Below are positions 38,652 through 50,530 of a stretch of 64,000 nt of DNA, piece by piece (the first letter of the stretch is position 1; each line of letters starts with the position of its first letter). Origin of the DNA: Selaginella moellendorffii. Lineage: Eukaryota; Plantae; Lycopodiophyta. The DNA is taken from the NCBI RefSeq assembly GCF_000143415.4, contig NW_003314273.1, positions 1,390,601-1,454,600 on the forward strand, given 5' to 3'. A program made the position numbers and the translations under genes. The notes under the pieces were generated by a model. It searched no databases. It was not told the DNA's origin and was given only the letters and a program-made list of their open reading frames with translations.

Positions 38652-41600
38652 TCATGGAATTTCATCACTCTCCACACTATCAGGATTTAAACCCAATAGT
38701 AATGCCATCTCTTCTCTAATACGTCCACGCTCATGTTCAGTGGTCGAAGAACCCATCCGGTTGAGTAGATTATGGAGATGCGGATAGTGCTTGGCTAGAC
38801 AATATACATGCCATAAATGATGACTGGTGTCTGTCCGATCAAATGGCTTCTGATATACCGTTCCATCTGCCATTTGGTTGATTTCTGCAGCCACCTCCTA
38901 GACTGGCCGGTTCTCTATCACCATCGCTCCAAGCTGTTTTGCAAGGTCCCCCAGAACATACGGTTTCTTCTCCCTAGTTTCCATACTGCAAGAGATGGGG
39001 TGCACTGCGTATGTGTGCGTGTTCGCTACAGTTTTAATCGGCGAGTCATCGATGATGAGGATTTCACTTGACCTAGCAGTCCGGTTCATCACTATAGCCT
39101 CTGGCTTGACAAAGATGGGCTTGCTACCCCTCACATGGACCATAGTCAAGCAATCCTCCTACGTTAGGAGAAAGTCAAATGGTAATATTACTCGCGTCTG
39201 ATCGTGCATCATCTGTAGCAACGTTAATGCATTGTGGCGCATCATGGATGTCCAAACTCCCAATTGCAAATTGAACCCGGCCCTCTGTTTTAAGTGTCGC
39301 ATGGTCATTATTAGATCCCGCAGTTTCTCCCGTGTGATTAATGTGAATCTGTCTCTTTTGACCAACTTGCGACCGCAGGCTTTGGAGGGTGCAGTGACAT
39401 TCGAGGACGAGCCACGCTCATGGGAGAAAAGGACACCATTCAGATCAAAAATGATACAGTACTTTCGCCGTGACTCTGAAATGAAATGCGTCAGCATAAA
39501 AAATGGTACAAGTCAATTTTACCATCTACAATATTAGCGAATGGTGCTCCCGATGGTCGTTGAGAGGGTTTTGGTCGAGGAAACGTGAAGGGCGGAAATA
39601 CTCTCCTCTGCAATGTGGGGTCAATCGCATCCGATGGCGTGTAGGCACATGCCATTTCAGCTGTAGACTCTGGTACAACTGGCTCAAAAGTGGCATGGGG
39701 TGGTTCTGATGGCGTGTGATCACACGCCATTTCAGCTGGTGCCTCCGTTGGCAAAGTGGACATGACTGAACAGGCAGCAGGGGCGGTGTAGGGAGGTTCC
39801 AACGGCGCGTAGTCAGACAATTGGGCACATGTTGAGTCTGTTGGAAATGAGGATACGACCGGCTCGGCGGCGGGGGCGGCCTCATGTGGGTCCAATGGCG
39901 CCTGGTCACCGTCAGTTGGATACGTGGACAAGATTGACTCAGTGGTATGGGCAGCATCAAGTGGAGCGTGGTCAGCTTGCTTGGCGTTGATATGGATAGT
40001 AGCCTCCACCAGCTCTGATGACTCTTGCAGGCAAGTAGAGTCCACTGGCGGATCCATATGCATGTCCAAATATCTCCCTTCGATTGAGATGGTATCCTCC
40101 CTATTGGCTACTAAAAACAAACTCATTAGCACATTGAATCGACTATACTATATTTACCATCAACTACTATTGAGGAACTAGGACCGATATCACTTGGGCG
40201 CACTGCTGATTTTGAAGGATTGGACATACGTTTTGACCCTTGCTTGGCACTATCCTTCCTCGACACTAAAGGCTAGAGTTTGTATCTTAATTCAACTGAA
40301 TAATCTTTACTTACCATTTGCTTTGCAACCTACATGGACAATGTTAGAAATGGTAAAAGGTTAGGAATGGATGTACTATTATTTACGTGATGGTTTGTCT
40401 TGTATGACCTTCCTCCGCTGCTCTTTGGCCACCTCAGGCTGGCCATCGTCGTCATCATCGTCGTCGTCGTTATTGTGATCGTCACCATTGTGAGGACCAT
40501 CCAAGTCCTCTTCGTCCTCCTCTTCTTTGTCCTCCTCTTCGTCCTTCTGCTCTTCCTGCTCATTATCTTTCTCTGGCTCCTCATCCCCCTCCTGCATTTC
40601 TTCCATAGGCTGCTCAGGCTGGATGGCTTGTTCTTCCAGGACCATCTTGGGAAAATCATCTGGCCGAGTCTCCATCTCAAAATACAAGACATCCATAGCC
40701 TGTTTTAGTGCGTGACCTAGGACCGTATCCTCACCTGACTGTCTTAACATGGTTTCTGCACGTTCTTGCACCCTTCGAAGACGACGAGATGAGAAAAACG
40801 TGGCCCTGACTTGAAAAGCATCCCTCATCCATTGTACCTCTCCATTGAGATTGGGGAAGGGGAGTCTGCCATAGGAATCTGAGTCAGGAGGTGGTGACCG
40901 CAAGGCATTACCTATCATCTTTTCATTGCGTTCGCTTTTTATGACCACTGTCAGTTTGAGCTTGGCTGGTGCTTGCCTGTTTTGCCTTTGAAGAAGTGTC
41001 TCCTGCAAGGAATGGCATGAGACCACACGCCATTGCAAATATAATTTGTACCTCCTTTTTTCCTATTGCTTGTCTGTTTGTCCTTCTTCGACGCGCCACC
41101 AGTGCGCTTTTCAGTCCTCGTGTCTGAATATTCACAACGATCTATAATCAAAATGGCGTGAGGCCTCACGTGACCTTACCTTGTGCAGGTTGTGAGCTCG
41201 GCCCAACAGTAGCTGTTAATGCCGTTTCAGCATCTGGGGGTGGCCACGCTCCTGCATACAGAGCTTGTGAGATAACATTTAAACTTAAAGTGCGTACTCA
41301 CCAGGTTCGCAGAGAAGATACTGTTTTTCTTTGGCAACTGTAATTATATGCTTCATTGAAGTCACCTCTTCAATGGAGTTTGTCACCGCAACACACGGGA
41401 CACCCTTGAGTAGTGCGGCTCGAAAGAATAGTCCGCCGCAGTTGTACTCGACAACACATTTGCCCTTGGAGTCGGAAGCAGGTGCTATTGCGTTGAAGAC
41501 CCAGCTGAGCATTTCCCATGCTGCACCTGGAGCTTTCTCTGGATTCGAAAGCTCCATAGCCGTCTTCAGTTCCTCAGGCACGGGTAAATTGACCTCCCTC

Positions 41601-42092
41601 AGATCAATTCGATCGGCCTTGTCGAACGAAGCTGGGAAATCACTCCAGTCCCACTCTACTTGGCCTAAAAGACTTACCATTTGAAGCCGAATGGAGGCGT
41701 GACAATCGAGGTCGGACTTGCTGGCGAATGTGCACTGTGTGTGCAGCGGATCGTAGCAGCAAGGCTACTCTGCCACTTAACAGTTGGAGAGTGGCGCTGA
41801 AATCTCCCGGGACGCCAAGTGGGCTGCGTGTGGGTGGCGGAGTGGGCGGCGGAGTTGGCGGCGAAGTTACAAACTGGGTGTGTCTTGAAGTGGACGCCGA
41901 TGCACATGAGTGCGATGCGAGCGCGATGCGAGCGTGAGTGTGATGCAAGCGCGAGTGGACGCCGATGCACACGAGAAACCTGTAGAGAAGGTAGATGAGC
42001 GCGAATGTGAGCGTGATCGCGAGTGGGAGCGCGATGCAAGCGCGAGTACGAAGCAAAATGCAAAACCTAACCTCACACGCGCGAAATGTCAC
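38652..42092 (-). pseudogene. Multi-exon transposon cargo gene with C-terminal FCP1/NIF-type HAD phosphatase domain and acidic/Pro-rich linker
   Basis: The last exon (39476-38652) has IIFDLNGVL, GVWTS, K and ILIIDDSPIK (HAD motifs I-IV) in one frame with two TAG stops (39159, 38898). Upstream ORF pieces can be joined by ~45-70-bp GT-AG introns (donors near 41677, 41302, 41180, 41051, 40911, 40386, 39522). The 5' end is uncertain. Confidence 0.7.
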
Positions 42093-44712
42093 AACGGTTG
42101 GTAATCCCGCTACGTCATCATTCCTCGGACTTGGGCGCCACCATTAATTTCTGGATTGCCGCGCGCATGCAAGCACGCAAAATCCAAAAGAAATCCGCAA
42201 CGTCATCATTCCTCGGACTGCATGCACGCGAAATCCAAAAGAAAGATCATGATTGGGATATCATTTAATACCCTCGCTATATTTATACCATGCATGATTG
42301 GATATTCCAAAGCATCTTGTATTTCCAAAAATGGCAGATGTTCAGCTAAATAAAGAAATTCTATCTGTTTCTATTTTTCTCTCAAATCAATATTATAGTG
42401 TGTGGGCTCATGCAATTTTGAACCAAAGAAACCCAAAAAACGTTGGACCCAAAATATTTTGAAAAAACCCAAAAAACCCTAAACATTTTAAACCCAAAAA
42501 TCCAGGCGTCCTGTGGCGTTATTCCTTGAATGGCGTGTGGGCGCATGCCATTTTCAGGGCCAAATGCTGAATGGAGAAAAATTCCCTTTCAGTGCAAATG
42601 CTGCAAGAGGCAGATGCCGAGCACAAAGGACTGTAACTACCTCACATGACACAGATAAACTTTTCTCTATTTGGCAAAGATAAACTTTATAGCGTGTGGG
42701 CTCATGCAATTTTGAACCCAAAAAATGCACCAAAAAATTCTCAACATCATCTGGCGTTATCTCTTGAATGGCGTGGGGCCGCATGCCATTTTCAGGGGCA
42801 CATAGGAGTATATTCCTAGGATATTCTGACACGCGCGAGATTTTTTTGAGTTTTCTGGAGATCCAACCGTTAGATCGCAACTAGATTTTACAGAATGGTA
42901 TACAATGTCTTTCTTGATGACCCTGCAAAGAAGCATCTCGATCGGACACCACATGAGACCACACGAGCCTTACAATGTTTCAGGGGCATTTGCCATAGAT
43001 CCGACCGTTATTTTGCTCCAAGATTCTATAGTTTGGTGTGCATTGACCTTTCCATCGACACTGCAAAGGGACATCACAATCAAATGCGGGATCACAAGAA
43101 ACTAACTTCACTAACTCTGGTTTCACCAAGATCTACGTAAGGAGTTATGAAATGAAAGGACCCTCTCTATTGAAATGTGTTTATGGTCTTAGGGGCATTG
43201 TGACATATCAAAGGATTTTGCATCAAGTTCTGTATTTGCATGTTTATCAAGCTACTGAATTGCTAAACCCTAAACCCTAAACATGTGGCAAATGCTGCGT
43301 GAAGAAAGATGCCCTTTCTGGGCAAATGCTGTAAGAGGCAGATGCCGAGCAGATGTATCTCAGGCTAGCGAAGGGGACAAACGAAAGCTAGCTATAAACA
43401 TGACGGGATGCAAATAGATTACTAGGCTGGTCCTGCGAAAATCAAAAACCATAATTGAAAACATTGAAAATGCAAAAAGAAAGGTTTATAATATTTTTGA
43501 ATTTTAAGCAACCAAAGGAATGTAAGTAGGGCATGTGTTTGTAAGTTTAAAAATGCCTCAACCACTTAAATTCCCAAGTAAATAAAGCTGTTTCTATTTT
43601 TGGTACAGGTAAACTTTATAGCGTGTGGGCTCATGCAATTTTGAACCCAAAAATACACCAAAAAATGCTCGACTAGCATTATTCTTTGAATGGCGTGTGG
43701 CCTTATATTGCCATAAATGGACGTACACACACAGCATAATTATTCCTTTACACGACGAATAATCTTGGCGCGGATCGCTGACATGGCATGGCAAAGTTCG
43801 AATCACTGACATGGCACAACTGGATCGAGGCAAGGACATGATGTGACAAAGTTCAACCTTCGATAGCAAAGTCTAGAAGCTACTCAGTTTGAAATTTGTC
43901 AGAGGAATCATAAGATCTGGTTTGTCAGAGGATTTGATGTGACGTTCAAGCGTGTGTTATTTTTGAATTCTCGAACTCATTCCTAGGTCTATCATTTTTG
44001 TGCGCCGTGTTCTTAGTTCCGCTGAGCGTAGTGAGCGCTGCTTGTGTAAGCGGCGTTATGAGCTGTGGTTTATGCGTCTACAAGCGGTTGCGGCATTGCG
44101 AGCGCCATTGCGAGCGGCAGTTTATGCGAGTGGCAGTTTGTGCGAGCGGCGCTACGAGCAGTTGCGTTGTTGCGAGCGGCGCTACGAGTAGTTGCGGTGT
44201 TGCGAGCGGCACTGTCTTTGGTGTGGCTACCGCTTCCTCTTGATATTCGGCACTTGTGCTTCCTGGTATGTTCACCATGGAATGGCTTAGGACCACATTT
44301 AGAAATGGCATGAGGCCACATGCCATCTTGGGCCCTTGCAATTTCATGGCTAGCGTATTGTCATGTATGTTTTTACTTGCCTGCAGCTGTGTGTATATCA
44401 AGATGGCATGAGGCCTCATGCCATCTTTGGCCCCTGCTAGCCTATTGCCATATTCCTTTGGCCTTGCTGCAACTGTATATATTTTTGTGTGGGTGACTAG
44501 TCACGCACACAAAAATATATACAGTTGCNNNNNNNNNNNNNNNNNNNNNNNNNNNNNNNNNNNNNNNNNNNNNNNNNNNNNNNNNNNNNNNNNNNNNNNN
44601 NNNNNNNNNNNNNNNNNNNNNNNNNNNNGCCAATTTTGTGAATGCGAAATTTCACGTGGGTGTCAATAGCATGTTTGAATAATGGCATGTGGCCTCATGC
44701 TATTGAGGTTGT

Positions 44713-47385
44713 TTGGTATGTTATGATTTAGGCCATTCTCCAATCATTTTTTGTATGGTCTTAACTTCTTTTCTGCACTTTCAGAATGGCCTTCAGGGTT
44801 GGGGAAAAGGTTACATTTTGAATGGTGGGAAGAGAGTTGCAAAAGGGACCCTTGTGTCTATGGATCGGAACTTTGTTATACACTGTCAAAGGCTTGGGGA
44901 AGGCAATGCTGCTGTATCAGTAGAGACTGTCTTCGATGGGAATGTGGTCGCTATTGAACGAGGAGAGATGGTCGTCGGAGTAAATGTTGTTGTTGCCTTG
45001 AAAAATCTTCAGAAGAAAGCAGATGTTGGGGACAGCGCAAGTGCGACGTATGTTCCCTCCGTGGATCTTAAGAACCGTGTTACATGGATTCAGGCGAAGG
45101 TGTTTCTAAACAACCCCGAGGGGGAGGTGGTAGTTGAGGGCTTAGCCACAGTTGTCGATCCAAGAGATGTGGTTGCTAATCAAGAATTGGGCTGGGATGA
45201 TATTGGAGTTGTGATTTTAGAGGTTGTTGACACAGAAGAAAACAGTCTAACTATTGGAAGCATTGTGCAGTGGAAATTGAGGCACTTAGTGTTTGAGAAT
45301 GTGAAGGATTCACAATCAAACACCACTACAACTGATGACAGAACATCTCTTCATGGGAAAAGAAAGTACACCTTCCTAAAGCGCAGCCAAAGGGATCTGA
45401 GCAACGAACCGAAAAGGCAGAAAATGGCGATGGAGGTTCGAATGGTCTCGACAGTTGCTTGTTGCAAGAGGAGGTGCTGTCAACATGCTGATTGGGATGC
45501 TATTGAAGAGGAGAGAGCAAGATACAAGACATTGTCCTGGAAGGCAGCTCGCAATTTTGTGTATGAGGCATTACGGTCATCTGTTGATGTTTCAGAACAT
45601 CAAGTGGGGGGCATGGTCTTCCAAAGGGGTTTGGTCTGCATGAAAGCATGGAGAATCATTTATGGAGTCCCTCGAACCACATTCTATAGAATCAAAACTG
45701 AGTTCGAGGAACAAAGGGTTCAACAGGCAGTCCATGGGAACGACGGTACGCACAAAACCAGGGGTTATGTTATATATGGAGAGGCAATCTTCAAGAGGTT
45801 TGTCGAGACATGTAGCGAGCAACAACCACATAAAACCCGCCTCTTGGAAGATGGAACACGAGACACCCAACGAGTTCTCCCTTCCATGTATACCAAGGGG
45901 GCCATATTGGAAGATGTGAATCGGGAACTCCAGAGTAATGGCTACAGGAAGCTGAGCCAATCTAGATTTAGTAGATTGTGGAGCAACAGGTTCAGGGATG
46001 TGAGTATAGGAAAATACTCCAGCTTTTCAAAGTGTGACGAGTGCACTGCTATCAAAATGGCTTTGTCGAAGAATTCTTGCAGCACTCAAGAGCGAGAGAC
46101 GTTGGTTAGAAGGCGGCTCGACCACAACATCGAGCAGAGAAGTTGCAGGACTGCATATTATCATAACAGGATTCTCTCCATGGAGAGACCTGACTCTTAC
46201 CTCTGCATCATCCACGACAAAATGGACCAGAAAAAGACGTGCTTACCTCGACTCAATCCTGCCCCCAAGGCAATCTCTTCATCCATGCAGCTGCCTGTGT
46301 CTCTGTTTGGCATAATCGCTCATGGGCATGGTGCCCAGAACTATGGGAACTTCTTTGTACCTCTATGGGGTGGCGGGGGTGCAAACATGATGATTGCGTC
46401 CGTAGCAAAACACTTAAGGTCTCTGCAAAGTGCGCAGACTGAGCTGAACGGCCAACCCTTGCATAAGGCCCTTGTCGATTGAACCCCATACAGGGTTCAG
46501 CTGGAGGAGGAGCAAAGGCTTGCAGTATCGCGTGGGGCCCCATGCCATCCCAGTGAATATGTTGGCCGTCAGATTGTAGGGTTATCACGTGAGGCCTCAT
46601 GCCATTCCGACGAGGCTGGTCGCCCGGTGAATGCACAGCCTCATCCAAACGAAGCAGAATCTCAAGGAAGTTCTTGCGGCCGATGTGGCCTTCCACCCCA
46701 TCTTCTGCTCCAAACAGACAATGCTGGCAGTGAGAACAAAAACATGTACGTCTTCGCGTACTTGGCGATGCTTGTTGCCAAAGGCATATTTGAAACAGTT
46801 ACACTTGGCTTTCTCATGGTTGGGCACACTCATGAAGATGTCGATGCCATGTTCAGTCACCTGGCAGAGTCCCTCCGGCGATCCAATGTCCTCACCCTCC
46901 CACAACTCTACGATGAATTCCAAAATTGCATCAAAGGCACTGTTGAAGTTGCAGTTGTGATAGAGGTTCCAGACTTTAAGGGGTTTGTAAGAGGCTACAT
47001 CAGGGACGGATCCGAAACGCTGATTGGCCACTCCAAGCCTCTTCAGTTTCATTTCAGCATGCGTGACGGTGCTCCAGTGATGAGGTACAAGATGAGAGAA
47101 TGGGACACAGTGTGGCTGCCAGTGGACGGCATTGAACTCTTCAAGAGAGATCCCATAACTGGGGAACCTATGATTCCTCAGGGTTCCCCACGGCCGATGC
47201 ACCCGGATGGACTCAAAGACCAGGAAAGTATAGTGGCCGGGATTAGACAGCATATTGCCTTCTGGAAGAGGGGGTTGGTGTTTGGTGGAGAATCCTATTT
47301 TCAGAGGTGCAAGCCTTTGCTCGAATACTGGGAGAAGATTATATCTGCTATCCAAAATGGGCCAGTTGTATATGAATGTTTCTAA
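44713..47385 (+). pseudogene. Sola1-like DDD transposase with one premature stop
   Basis: ORFs 44713-46482 and 46627-47385 are in the same frame and separated only by TGA 46480-46482. Motifs: CCKRRCC, VC..AW..IYG, HGN, FSKCDEC..H, IIHDKMDQ, LQTDNAGSENKN, FLMVGHTHEDVDAMFS. The true 5' exon probably lies upstream (acceptor ~44785). Confidence 0.8.
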
Positions 47386-48994
47386 TGTATTTTATTTCAA
47401 GGTGAACAATCCGAATCTGAATCAGAGGAGGCGTGATGGCATGTGGCCTTACGCCATTCCTAGGTGAGATGATACAAATAACAAGTATAAATTCTTAGTT
47501 GTTCTAGCAAATCTTACTTAAAGTTTAAGGTGAACAAGCCGAATATGAATTCATCGGATTGTTATAACAAATTGCGAGGTGATGGCATGAGGCGATATGC
47601 CATTTGAGAGTGGTAGCCATTCCTATATGAGGTGAGTGAAATATTTATTAGAAATACCTCATTCAATTGTGCACTTCTAAGTTTTGGTCCACTCAGTACT
47701 GTTTGCATGTTTTTATTTTAATTCTTTCTCTAAAATGTTATTTAGCATGTGGCTTCATGCCATTGCTCTCCACAATCATGCATTGAATTTTTCTATCCTT
47801 GCATAATACTTCTCCATATATATAGCATGTGCACACATGTGATATGGTTCATTAGGCCTGATATAGTGTGTGAGGTAAAACAAAGATGATGTGACATATG
47901 CATTTACCAATCACACGTGCATAAATCTAATAATATGGCGTGTGGCCCATATTAATGGGACATAAACCCATATTGTGGGCTTACGTGCTTTATGTACCAT
48001 CATTCCCTTGCAGCGTGTGTGTTGGTTTCCTTTTATAACACAACGAACTCCATATTTTAGGGTGAAGAGCGTTCTCATGGCAAGCACAAAATCTGTAAGT
48101 GAGGCAGAAAAGGAGACGGAGAAGGAGATAGGTGAAGATGTAGAATATATAAGTCTTCCAAACTCCCCGTACTATACTCCAGGTGATCATTTTTCTGAAC
48201 AAACGGCAACATTAACAACTATCGAGAAGGCCCCAGTAACGTCAGAGACAACAATCCAAAGCAAAACAACTGACCTGGAGAAGGATGATAGTACCGCTGA
48301 GAGTACCAAAAAGGAGGTGTCCACTAGCGCTTAGGCTTATAATAGCGTGTGCCCTCATGCCATTTACTTGATCACCAAATACCTTTTTCCCTTTGCACTA
48401 GTATATCTTAATACCGGTCTGAGAAATAGAATGGCATGTGCCCTCAGGCCTTTTACTAAATCACCTTTGAAAGAAATGCAAGCCTCTATGTCGTAAAAAA
48501 AAGGTACTAGAGAAATTCCTTAATAATATGAATGTTATTTAGTTTCATGAAAATACACTAAGGGTCAAATGAGTTAAATGACTTCTCCAGACTAGCAATG
48601 CCTCTTGCTACACCTTCACAATTAGATTCGTTAGAAAAAGATAACATTGAATAATATCTAAATGTTCTCACCATTAAGTTATATGTTTGGCTAATAGGAA
48701 TGACGTTCATCTTGGAAAGCTCACCACACGCTCAATGAACAAACAAATAGTGTGTGCGCGCATGCCATCGCTCTTCTTTAGCTTCAGATTCGGTTTGTTC
48801 ACCTTGACAATGAGATTTATTATACAACCAGATGGACTCAGTCTGGACATAAAGTCACCGCGCTAGTCACCATGCCCCAGATATGTCTAGCCCCTGGACA
48901 AAAAACATATAATTTCACGTCATTTTCAAATACTTGAAAATTTGTACCTAGTCTCATTTTACTGAATAAATCCCACTTTAACGAAATAGAGCAT

Positions 48995-50530
48995 GTCAGG
49001 AGAATGAATTAGGTTGTCCACAGGTTCCCAAGTGCGTTCCTCAGGTCCGTAACCCTTCCAGTCTACCAGATAGTAAAATTTAGACCATGAGATCTTGGAA
49101 TCAAGGATGTCTTGAACCTTTTAGTCAGACCCATCCTTGAGCTGCACTGGTGGAGGCGGAGGAATGACCCTTTTTGGAATAGGACTAGGAATATAAGGCT
49201 CAAGGAGAGAGGAGTGAAAAACAAGGTGAATTTGATATAAGGAGGGAAGTGCAAGGCGATAAGTGACAGGATTAATGATGGCAGTGATAGGGAAAGGACC
49301 GAGGTGTTTAAAATCGAGTTTGGGACATGGCCTGGTGGTGGAGATATTTCGTCTAAGGAGTCAGACTTTATCCCCGATATTGTAAGGGGGACAATCCTAA
49401 CTATGGACATTGGCAAATGTTTTATGAGATTCCTGAGTATGATGGAGGTGGAAGGAGATGGAGTTGTGGATTTCTTGGAGGTTGGAGACAAATGCCTCAA
49501 AGCGGGGATTTGAACGAGAGGATTCAGATGGAGAAGGAAGTGAAGGATTGAATTGGGGATTTCAGCTAGAGTTTGCAAAGGGGGAAACTCGAAGGGAGGA
49601 GTGAACAGAGTTGTTATAGGAGAACTCAAAAAGGGGAAGGATATCGAACAAGTCATCCTGATGATAGTTGATGAAGCATCTCAAAAATTGTTCCAATGTC
49701 TGAATCATTCGCTCGGACTGTCCATCAGTTTGAGGATGATATGCCGAAGAGAGGTTGGCCTTCACTCCAAGCAGCTGCAAGAACCGTTGCTAGAAATGAG
49801 AGATGATTTGAGGTCCCCGATCCGAAACAACATCTGCAGGAATCTCATGAAGTCGAAAAATTTCCCTGAATACCAGTCTTGCGATATGCTCACCCGAAAA
49901 CTCCTTGGTACACAGCAAGAAGTGCACCATCTTTGTGAAGCGATCCACCATGACTAAAATGTTGTTGAAGCCTCCAGAACTTGGAAGATCACTCAAGAAA
50001 TCCATGGAGATGGATTCCCAAGGACCTGAAGGGACCAGGAGGGAACAAAGCAAACCTGAAGGAAAGTGGCGAGGTACCTTATTCTGAGTGCAAGTGTCAT
50101 GGGAGGTAACAAAAGCTTTGATGTAGTTGTCCATGTGAGGCCACTAAAAGTCCTGTGCAACTAGCTCATAGGTTTTCGCAATGCCGAAGTGATCAGCAAT
50201 CGGGCTATCGTGGCACGCCATCAGGACCAACCTTCGAGCATCATCTTCATGAACATAAAGATGCTCCCCATGGTACAACAAACCATCTAAGAACTTGAAC
50301 TCGTCAAATCGCCGGTAGTCGGGAGTCACTAGGTGTCCAGCTTGAAGATGGGGGAAAATGTCGCTAGTGAGGTTGTTGGATTGAAGATCATTTTTTATCG
50401 CGTCCATCAAAGAGGAGTCCTGAGGGGCCAGATTAATTGCCATAACTTGAAGCCGATTAGGACCGAGGATAACTTGATCCTGTTGATTGAAGGTAGGATT
50501 ACTAAGCCTGAGACTGAGATAGGAGCACCT
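48995..50530 (-). mobile_element. Ty3/Gypsy chromovirus integrase plus chromodomain (degenerate)
   Basis: HDSPIADHFG..CTQNK, PWESISMDFLSDLP..MVDRFTKM, VSDRGPQ, SSAYHPQTDGQSER and YYLVDWKGYGPEERTWEP, with stops and frameshifts. Confidence 0.92.

Larger units (their letters stand above)
38265..48768. repeat. ~25 dispersed copies of a 22-bp imperfect palindrome ATGGCRTGNGGCCNCAYGCCAT
   Basis: Copies start at 38557, 39634, 39709, 41012, 41153, 42395, 42530, 42689, 42768, 43618, 43690, 44305, 44403, 44682, 46527, 46584, 47436, 47582, 47742, 48342, 48431 and 48747, plus weaker ones (e.g. 38265, 47822, 47935). Those at 39709 and 44403 are perfect palindromes. Confidence 0.92.
38171..48994 (+). mobile_element. 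~10.8-kb TIR DNA transposon, Sola1-like, with cargo gene
   Basis: TIRs AAGCTCTATTTCGTTAAAGTGGGA (38171-38194) and rc ATGCTCTATTTCGTTAAAGTGGGA (48971-48994). 4-bp TSD GTCA at 38167-38170 and 48995-48998. Removing the element restores the chromodomain codons HSPDLV. Confidence 0.9.

Noticed and set aside
46483-46626. Two separate transposase genes or a frameshift
   Set aside because: Both ORFs are in the same frame and the sequence between them is open; a single nonsense codon explains the split.
47975-48334. 119-aa acidic/Thr-rich ORF inside the transposon
   Set aside because: No recognisable domain. It could be an extra exon or third gene, but nothing supports a call.
38265-48768. CRISPR array interpretation of the 22-bp palindromes
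   Set aside because: Spacing is irregular (tens of bp to >1 kb), copies lie within genes, no cas genes are present, and the context is eukaryotic.
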